This document shows, in pieces, positions 51,987-64,000 of a DNA stretch of 64,000 nucleotides. The notes under the pieces were generated by a model, which was not told the origin of the DNA, searched no databases, and saw only the letters and a program-made list of their open reading frames with translations. The translations under genes were made by a program, and so were the position numbers. Source of the stretch: Octopus vulgaris (Eukaryota); contig OX597834.1 of assembly GCA_951406725.2 (NCBI GenBank), positions 744,001 through 808,000 of the forward strand, written 5' to 3'. Positions within the stretch are counted from its first letter, which is position 1. Each line of letters opens with the position of its first letter.

Positions 51987-54900
51987 TTATTGCTTATTTA
52001 GCTTGGGTTCGAATTTATCAATAAAATTCTTTTCTCTGATTTTCCTCTCGATTTCACTTGGGCTGTGTAATTTGTAGAATGGAAATATTATATACATTTT
52101 CCGACCACATGTTGCTAGGTGGTTACTCAAAGGTATCTGACGGACCTCTGGGTCTCTAATCTGTTGCCGGTGTACACGTGAGCGTTCTAATAGTGCGTTT
52201 CCCGTCTGACCTACATATATTTCTTCACAATTTGGGCATTTGATGCAGTAAATTAAATTTCTGCTTTTGCAGTTCATATTCGCGTTTGTGAATATTTTCC
52301 CGGTTTTTGTGTTTATATATTGACCGGTATGTATGAATTGGCATGTGCCACATCGGCTATCATTGCATTTAGATACCGTGAATGTTTGGTCTTTGTTGCT
52401 GAGGTCAAATTTTGCCTTTGTTAGTAATGTTTTCAAGTTTTTAGGCTGTCTTTTACTAAGCACCATAGCTCGATCCGTGATTATGTCTTTTAATTCATTA
52501 CTTTGGGCAATGATTGGTAGGTTTGCTTTGGCAATGTTGAAGATATTCTGGTGACATGGGTTGTGTGTCACTATGAATGGTATGACTTGTTCTTGTTTTC
52601 CTCTTCCTTGGGTTGTCCTAAGTTGTTGTATAGGTATTTTTATAGCCCGCTGTATGCCATTTTCTATAAGTAGAGATGGGTATTTTTGTTTGAGCAAAAA
52701 TTCTCTTAGTTCTATTAGGCGTTTGTTCCTGATATTTGCATCTTCTACAATAGTACAAATTCTTCTGGCTAGGCAGTATGGGATGTTACGTTTTGTATGT
52801 GGTGGATGGCACGACTTAAAATTTAGGTATTGATGTGTGTCTGTGTGTTTATAGTATATATCTGTGGTGATGGTGGTGTCTTTTTTAATTACCATTATAT
52901 CCAGGAATGGTAATTTGGTACTACTCATCTCCTTTGTAAATTGGAGAGATGGGTGTAGGTTGTTCAGGAGGATATTGAACTCTTCCAGAGTATTTAGAGA
53001 TTCTGTCCAGATTATGAAACAGTCGTCTAGGTATCTCTTCCATGCCTTTTCAATATACTTTCTAAATCCAGTGCCATAGTTTACCTCCACCTCTTGGTAG
53101 AGTTGTTCTTCTAAGTATCCCATTACAGAGTTGGCGTAAACGGGAGCAAACCTCGTTCCCATCGCCGTGCCTCTAATTTGGATGTAATTCTTTCCATTGA
53201 AGAAGAATGTGTTATTTTCTAGAATAAGTTTGACTGTGTCTAATATAAATGGCACTGTGAATCTGCTGGGAATCACTTCTCTATGTTTTTCTAACCAGTA
53301 TTTAATCGCCTTTATTCCTAAATCGTGTGGAATATTGGTGTAGAGGCTTACCACATCAAAACTTAGTAAAACTGAATTTGTTTCTGTTGTTTTGGGAAGA
53401 TGGGACAGGAAGTCGATGTCATCCCTGATGAAACTTGGTATGTAAGTACATAGTGGTTTCAAAACAATGTCAATAAAATTGCTTAGACGGTGTGTAGGGC
53501 ATGCTGGACCAGCTATAATAGGTCTAAGTTTTAGGTCTTTTGGATGTAATAATTTTATGTACTCACTTTCTTGTTCTTTTACTGCCTGTTGAATGTTTTT
53601 TGATTTGTGTATTTTTGGTAAGCCGTAGAAGTTGCTGGGTTTTGGTTCAAAATTGGTGATGTAGTCTTTTTCATTATCCGTAAGTGAGTTGTGGTGTGTT
53701 GAAATCAGGTTGTTGATCTTTTTCATGATGTGGTGGTCTATATTTGCGGGTATTTCACAATAGAAGGTTGTATCCTTCAGTTGGTCTTCAACCAAATCCT
53801 TATAGTATTCGGTATCCATAATAACAATTGCACCACCTTTATCTGCTTGTTTAATTATTATTGTTTGATCGTTTTGTATACGTTTACATGCAGACATCTC
53901 TGATTTGCTAATGTTTGGCCTAACATTGGTATTGCGTCTAAGGGGAAATTTAGACAGGATATCAATGTATTGGTCAAGGTAGTTATTTCTTCCTTTTGGT
54001 GGGGTGAAATTTGATTTATTCCTTACTAGGGATTCATCAATCTCATTACTTTTGTTAGCGAAGAATTCTACAAGTCGTAATTTTCGACAGAATTTTTGGA
54101 TATCCTCCTTTAATTCTTGGTGGTTGGCTGTTGGTGTAGGTGTGAATTTCAGTCCTTTTGACAGAAGTTGGATTTCATCATTGTCAAGATCTCTTTTTGA
54201 TAAATTAATTATTTTAGGATCTATACGTTCAGTTGTTTGGGGTATGTTTCCTCTTGGATTTTTTCTTTCTCCGGTGTTTGTTGTCCTGACGTAAAAAAAT
54301 GGATTTTTTTTCTGGTTATGATTTATATTCCTGTTGATGTTTGCTTGATGAATTTTGCGTTTTGGTTGTGGTACTTTACTTGGTTTCGTTATGTTTTCTG
54401 TCTTGTTTTTGGTATTATGTATGCTACTTTTCAATTTCTTGTTAGCATTGTTTTTAACCACCTGGAGAAATGATCTGGGTTTACTTCTAGATCTAGATCG
54501 GTTTTTTGTCCAGTTTCTTGTGGGTAATCTCTGTTGAGGTCTTGAAAATGATCTCCTGTTATTTCTACTGCTAATGGTCTGTTCAAAACAATATCTATTT
54601 TGTTTGTGCTTTTTGTTCATGTTGTGTGCATTAGGGTGTTTGCATACAAAATGGGAAGAGTTCTTACCGTAGTTCGTCTTCGATTCGTGGTGAAACGGGT
54701 GTTCATGTTGCCACGTGTTCTGGTGTATGTTGCGTTGGTGAGGTTGTCCACTTTTAATGCTATTTCTCGGAGTTCTGGTGTCTTTACCGTAATTTGTAGC
54801 ATATTTGTCGAGAAATAATTGTTTCCGCTGCCAAAACTTTCTTGATCTGCTTTCTTCTTTTGAGATATCTCTGATCCATAGTTCTCGCATTTTTTCTGCT

Positions 54901-55514
54901 ATATTGCCGGTCGTTAGTTTGGATATTTCATCTCTGATTTGATCATCGATAGCTTCGTATTTGGCTTTGTAGCGGGATTGTTTAGACAGGGTAATGGAGA
55001 TGTCGGTCCTGAATTTTATCAAACTAAGGTCCCATCGAAGTTTAGTTTCTTCCTCTGGTTCTCCTGCAATTTCTTTAATTAGGTACTTCCGAGGAAGTAT
55101 GGGTGCCGCTAAAGATATCCATTTCGAATGTATTTCAGCATATTTTTCGCATTTATATGCCTTCCAGAAGTTTTGTTTTCTTATGTTAAGGAGTTTTTTC
55201 CATGTCTTCTGTATCTCTTCTCTTTTTCGGTGTGCCTCTTTTTCCAGATTTCTTTCGTTTATTTCTGACATCCAAGGAGGTTGTGGTAGGCTTTCTCTTG
55301 TAGATTTTATAATTGTTGGTATCATTTCAGCTAAATTCTTAATTTCAGAGTTTATGTGTTCATTTCCAAGTTTTCCGTCTGTAGACTGTTTTTCTATTTC
55401 CTTTAAAATAGAGGATTGTGTGTCAATCATCGTGATGAGTGTTGATAATTTCGATGAAATTTCCATTAGAATTCTTTCTGATTCTGTTAATTTTGTTTGT
55501 TGCTTTCCAGACAT
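51987..55514 (-). CDS. PLE polyprotein (1175 aa): long N-terminal extension, RT, Cys-rich linker, C-terminal GIY-YIG endonuclease (Neptune-like)
   Basis: IINLS..LLSKGLKFTP, ADKGGAIVI, FYGLPKIHK, RPII, SFDVVSLYTNI, GTAMGTRFAP, RYLDD, LPFLD, KCNDSRCGTC, NLIYCIKCPNCEEIYVGQT..R..H. The ORF is uninterrupted. Confidence 0.96.
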   Translation of the reverse strand: MSGKQQTKLTESERILMEISSKLSTLITMIDTQSSILKEIEKQSTDGKLGNEHINSEIKNLAEMIPTIIKSTRESLPQPPWMSEINERNLEKEAHRKREEIQKTWKKLLNIRKQNFWKAYKCEKYAEIHSKWISLAAPILPRKYLIKEIAGEPEEETKLRWDLSLIKFRTDISITLSKQSRYKAKYEAIDDQIRDEISKLTTGNIAEKMRELWIRDISKEESRSRKFWQRKQLFLDKYATNYGKDTRTPRNSIKSGQPHQRNIHQNTWQHEHPFHHESKTNYGKNSSHFVCKHPNAHNMNKKHKQNRYCFEQTISSRNNRRSFSRPQQRLPTRNWTKNRSRSRSKPRSFLQVVKNNANKKLKSSIHNTKNKTENITKPSKVPQPKRKIHQANINRNINHNQKKNPFFYVRTTNTGERKNPRGNIPQTTERIDPKIINLSKRDLDNDEIQLLSKGLKFTPTPTANHQELKEDIQKFCRKLRLVEFFANKSNEIDESLVRNKSNFTPPKGRNNYLDQYIDILSKFPLRRNTNVRPNISKSEMSACKRIQNDQTIIIKQADKGGAIVIMDTEYYKDLVEDQLKDTTFYCEIPANIDHHIMKKINNLISTHHNSLTDNEKDYITNFEPKPSNFYGLPKIHKSKNIQQAVKEQESEYIKLLHPKDLKLRPIIAGPACPTHRLSNFIDIVLKPLCTYIPSFIRDDIDFLSHLPKTTETNSVLLSFDVVSLYTNIPHDLGIKAIKYWLEKHREVIPSRFTVPFILDTVKLILENNTFFFNGKNYIQIRGTAMGTRFAPVYANSVMGYLEEQLYQEVEVNYGTGFRKYIEKAWKRYLDDCFIIWTESLNTLEEFNILLNNLHPSLQFTKEMSSTKLPFLDIMVIKKDTTITTDIYYKHTDTHQYLNFKSCHPPHTKRNIPYCLARRICTIVEDANIRNKRLIELREFLLKQKYPSLLIENGIQRAIKIPIQQLRTTQGRGKQEQVIPFIVTHNPCHQNIFNIAKANLPIIAQSNELKDIITDRAMVLSKRQPKNLKTLLTKAKFDLSNKDQTFTVSKCNDSRCGTCQFIHTGQYINTKTGKIFTNANMNCKSRNLIYCIKCPNCEEIYVGQTGNALLERSRVHRQQIRDPEVRQIPLSNHLATCGRKMYIIFPFYKLHSPSEIERKIREKNFIDKFEPKLNKQ

Positions 55515-55584
55515 GTTGGCATATACACAATAGGAATATAGATATATATATATATGGGTGTGTGTGATTGTGTATAGAAGAATA

Positions 55585-56170
55585 TATTAATAAAAAGAAT
55601 TCCAACCTTGTCTGATTTTCACGTTTTATTTACAATCTTATAATGATATATTATAAGATAATATATTATAATTGAGTAAAATAAAATGAAATAGTAGAAT
55701 GTTAAATATTCATTCTGATTGAACTAGTATTATGCATTGAATTCTGCAATCTTCGGGTTCATGTAGTAGTGTTGACAGTCATGCTTCACAATTTTTGACT
55801 GTAGCAAGATGAGTGATTCTGTGCTATAAATACAGCTGGGTAGGCTCCAGAGTGCTAGGTTTTGCAAACTGTATTCTGACCAATCAGTGTGTAGTATCAC
55901 TCAATTACTTAAGCTGATTGGTTGGTTGAGCTTGATTGGTTTAGGCATCACGCTTTGTTGGACAGGTCAAGAGTCCTGTATCTTGACCCTGGCCGAAGCA
56001 GCAATTGTTGGGTTATTTTTAGAAATGTTGTAAATATCCTTTGTCAGAGATTTTTATATTTTTATATTTCAATTGTCATCATCATCATTGTCAGCACCTT
56101 AATTATTGTTGCTAGTGGTGATGGTGGTGGCAATAGAACTTTTAACCCTAAATAAGATAATTTTCCTGCT
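55585..56170 (-). repeat. 5' pseudo-LTR of the PLE (hammerhead at 55720-55761 has a damaged GAAA)
   Basis: Direct repeat of 51314-51910. It reads actagtattatgca in place of actagtactttcatgca. Confidence 0.92.
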
Positions 56171-57601
56171 TACATCTTGAGGCACGGCAATTGTTGTTAT
56201 TACGCCAACTCTGTAATGTGATAGCTTAGAAGATATCCTTTGTCAGAGATTTTTTATTGCACTGGATTTAGAAAGTATATTCAATTGTCATCATGGAAGA
56301 GATACCTTAATTATTGTTGCTAGTGGTGAATGACAGATATATCTATAATATACTACAGCAATATATATACTATAAACACACAGACACACAAAGGAGATGA
56401 GTAGTACCAAATACCTAAATTCCTGGATATAGTCGTAATTAAAAAAGCCATCCACCACATACAAAACGTAACATCCCATACTGCCTAGCCAGAAGAATTT
56501 GTACTATTGTAGAAGATGCAAATATCAGGAACAAACGCCTAATAGAACTAAGAGAATTTTTGCTCAAACAAAAATACCCATCTCTACTTATAGAAAATGG
56601 CATACAGCGGGCTATAAAAATACCTATACAACAACTTAGGACAACCCAAGGAAGAGGAAAACAAGAACAAGTCATACCATTCATAGTGACACACAACCCA
56701 TGTCACCAGAATATCTTCAACATTGCCAAAGCAAACCTTCCAATCATTGCCCAAAGTAATGAATTAAAAGACATAATCAAGGATCGAACTATGGTGCTTA
56801 GTAAAAGACAGCCTAAAAAACTTGAAAACATTACTAACAAAGGCAAAATTTGACCTCAGCAACAAAGACCAAACATTCACGGTATCTAAATGCAATGATA
56901 GCCGATGTGGCACATGCCAATTCATACATACCGGTCAATATATAAACACAAAAACAGGAAAATATTCACAAACGCGAATATGAACTTCCAAAAGCAAAGA
57001 AATTTAATTTACTGCATCAAATGCCCAAATTGTGAAGGTATGAATATATGTAGGTCAGACAGGAAACGCACTATTAGAACGCTTCACCGTGTACACCGGC
57101 AACAGATTAGAGACCCAGAGGTCCGTCAGATACCTTTGAGTAACCACCTAGCAACATGTGGTCGGAAAATATATATAATATTTCCATTCTACAAATTACA
57201 CAGCCCAAGTGAAATCGAGAGGAAAATCAGAGAAAAGAATTTTATTGATAAATTCAGAACCCAGCTAAATAAGCAATAATAATAATACTTAGAGGTATTA
57301 CTTCCACTGCTACGACCATGACCACTAACAACAACAACAATACTAAAGGTGATCAAGACGAAGATAGCAGGAAAATTATCTTATTTAGGAACGTTTAAAA
57401 GTTCTATTGCCACCACCATCACCACTAGCAACAATAATTAAGGTGCTGACAATGATGATGATGACAATTGAAATATAAAAATATAAAAATCTCTGACAAA
57501 GGATATTTACAACATTTCTAAAAATAACCCAACAATTGCTGCTTCGACCCAGGGTCCAAGATACAGGACTCTTGACCTGTCCAACAAAGCGTGATGCCTA
57601 A

Positions 57602-57716
57602 ACCAATCAGCTCAACCAACCAATCAGCTTAAGTAATTGAGTGATACTACACACTGATTGGTCAGAATACAGTTTGCAAAACCTAGCACTCTGGAGCCTA
57701 CCCAGCTGTATTTATA
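57602..57716 (+). promoter_or_regulatory. Candidate pLTR Pol II promoter (CCAAT boxes + TATA-like), present in all three pLTRs
   Basis: ccaatcag twice, inverted ctgattgg, then tatttata at 57709-57716 (tataaata on the other strand), ~65 nt upstream of the hammerhead. Confidence 0.5.
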
Positions 57717-57779
57717 GCACAGAATCACTCATCTTGCTACAGTCAAAAATTGTGAAGCATGACTGTCAACACTACTACA

Positions 57780-57824
57780 TGAACCCGAAGATTGCAGAAT
57801 TCAATGCATGAAAGTACTAGTTCA
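57780..57824 (+). ncRNA. Minimal hammerhead in the inverted pLTR, U4C variant
   Basis: tgaac CCGAAGA ttgcagaattcaatgcat GAAA gtac TA gttca. Confidence 0.82.
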
Positions 57825-57987
57825 ATCAGAATGAATATTTAACATTCTACTATTTCATTTTATTTTACGTCAATTATAATATATTATCTTATAATATATC
57901 ATTATAAGATTGTAAATAAAACGTGAAAATCAGACAAGGTTGGAATTCTTTTTATTAATATATTCTTCTATACACAATCACACACAC

Positions 57988-60010
<2,023 letters not shown>

Positions 60011-60177
60011 ACTATATTTTGTACAGCATGCTAGTCTACAGCTTCTGGTCGACATTCTGGTTCAAATGGCAGACGACTTGTGTGTGTTTTTCGGAGTCGA
60101 TAAAATAAAAGCTCCACGAGGCTCCGGCAGGGGGGGGGATCTCGAGTCTCTTCCCATGGGTCACTGGCCTATTGTGC

Positions 60178-62179
<2,002 letters not shown>

Positions 62180-62180
<1 letters not shown>

Positions 62181-63572
62181 CATCATCATCATCATCCTCA
62201 TTTAGACGTCCGCTTTCCATGCTAGCATGGGTTGGACGGTTGTAACTTCTGGGGCCCGAAGGCTGCACCGCAGCCAGTCAGATCTGGCAGTGTTTCTACA
62301 GCTGGATGCCCTTCCCTAACGCCCACCACTCCGAGAGTGTAGTGGGTGATTTTATGTGCCACCGACACAGTGCCAGACGAGGCGAGGCTGGCGAACGGCC
62401 ACGCTCTGATGGTGTTTTTATGTGCCACCGACACTAGGTGCCAGACGAGAAAAGGGGCTGGCAGACGGCCACGCTCGGATGGTGTTTTTATGTGCCACCG
62501 ACACAAGTGCCAGATGAGGCTGGCGAACGGCCACGATCGGATGGTGTTTGTTACGTGCCTGGATGGTGTTTGTTACGTGCCCACAGCACGGAGGCCAGTC
62601 GATGCGGTACTGGCTACGGCCACGTTCGGATGGTTTTCTTGTGTGCCACCGGCACTGGTACCACAAAGATACAAATTCCATTGATGTTCATCTATTTTGA
62701 TTTGGTTTGATTTTCACTTGCCTCAACAGGTCTTCACAGAAGTGTCACATACTTGCCTCAACAGGTCTTCACAAATGTCACACACTTGCCTCTGCCTCAA
62801 CAGGTCTTCACAAGTGTCACATACTTGCCTCAACAGGTCTTCACAAGTGTCATAGAAGGAAGGTATGCACAGGTAGACTGACTACGTCCCAGGTAGGGGC
62901 CACGGGTTATGGCCTGAACTAACGCCGGGTCTTTGGATGGTGTTTTTATGTGCCACCAACACAGGTGCCAGATGAGGCTGGCGAACGGCCACGATCGGAT
63001 GGTGTTTGTTACGTGCCCACAGCACGGAGGCCAGTCGATGTGGTACTGGCTACTGCCACGTTCAGATGTTTTCTGTGTGCCACCGGCATTGGTACCACAA
63101 AGATACAAATTCCATTGATGTTCATCTATTTTGATTTGTTTTGATTGGATTTGATTATGATTATTATTATGATTATTATTATTATTATTATTATCACTTG
63201 CCTCAACAGGTCTTCACAAGTGTCATTTGATTTGATTAGATTAGCACTTGCCTCAACAGGTCTTCACAAGTGTCATTTGATTTGATTAGCACTTGCCTCA
63301 ACAGGTCTTCACAAGTGTCATAAGAAGGAAGGTATGCACAGGTGGACTGACTACGTCCCAGGAAGGGGCCACGGGCTATGGCCTGACTAGTCTTGCCGGG
63401 TCTTCGGACAGGTGCCAGATGAGGCTGGCGAACGGCCACGATCGGGATGGCGTTTGTTATGTGCCCACAGGACGGAGGCCAGTCGATGCGGTACTGGCTA
63501 CAGCCACGTTCGGATGGTTTTCTTGTGTGCCACCGGCACAGATGGTACCACAGAGTCTACAGATTCCATTGA
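62180..63572 (-). mobile_element. Composite SINE-like retroposon array with (GAT)n tail and nested internal tandem duplications
   Basis: (CAT)n at 62180-62195. A ~450-bp unit (gtgccagatgaggctggcgaacggccacgatcgg..ggccacggg.tatggcctga) occurs twice plus a partial third. Sub-repeat ttgcctcaacaggtcttcacaagtgtca occurs seven times. Confidence 0.7.
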
Positions 63573-63579
63573 TATATAC

Positions 63580-63673
<94 letters not shown>

Positions 63674-63817
63674 ATATATATACACATATATATATATACA
63701 CATATATATATATATACACATATATATATATACACATATATATATATATACACATATATATATATATACACATATATATATATATACATATATATATATA
63801 CATATATATATATATAC

Positions 63818-63864
<47 letters not shown>

Positions 63865-64000
63865 TATATATACATATATATATATACATATATATATATA
63901 TACATATATATATATACATATATATATACATATATATATATACATATATATATACATATATATATATATATACATATATATATACATATATATATATACA
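63573..64000. repeat. (TA)n/(TACA) microsatellite
   Basis: Seen directly. Confidence 0.97.

Larger units (their letters stand above)
51314..57990 (-). mobile_element. Penelope-like retroelement: inverted partial copy + pLTR + ORF + pLTR
   Basis: Direct repeats 51314-51910 and 55585-56170 flank the RT/GIY-YIG ORF. 56447-57990 is an inverted copy of the ORF 3' end plus pLTR. (TA)n on both sides. Confidence 0.95.
56447..57990 (+). mobile_element. Inverted partial PLE copy (frameshifted thumb/GIY-YIG + pLTR + start of leader)
   Basis: Reverse complement of ~51314-52810 with small indels. ORFs 56560-56853 and 56905-57279 repeat the C-terminal peptides. It ends with the leader also seen at 55550-55585. 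Confidence 0.93.

Noticed and set aside
52333-55533. Plus-strand ORFs overlapping the PLE (likewise antisense ORFs over the CR1 and Dong elements)
   Set aside because: They are antisense shadows of the real coding strand.

Overview
AT-rich, microsatellite-saturated animal DNA. The SINE, LINE and microsatellite content points to a coleoid cephalopod, most likely Octopus (inference). I can support no host protein-coding gene; nearly all track ORFs are translations of simple repeats. The main elements are: (1) an apparently intact Penelope-like element (PLE) with a 1175-aa RT + GIY-YIG ORF, two direct pseudo-LTRs and an inverted partial copy (~51.3-58.0 kb); (2) a CR1/L2-group LINE with one frameshift (46.4-49.7 kb); (3) R4/Dong-like RLE LINE pieces in (TAA)n; (4) RTE and Tx1 remnants; (5) many tRNA-derived SINEs; (6) a 30-bp minisatellite with a 540-bp higher-order repeat. 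The most notable signal is twelve minimal type I hammerhead ribozyme motifs from about seven unrelated PLE-type sequences, most in short inserts (several with inverted repeats) within or next to (TA)n. Their cores show three Watson-Crick versions of the 3-8 tertiary pair (C3-G8, U3-A8, G3-C8), a U4C variant and a greatly extended stem II. Coordinates were read by eye, and repeat edges may be off by a few bases.
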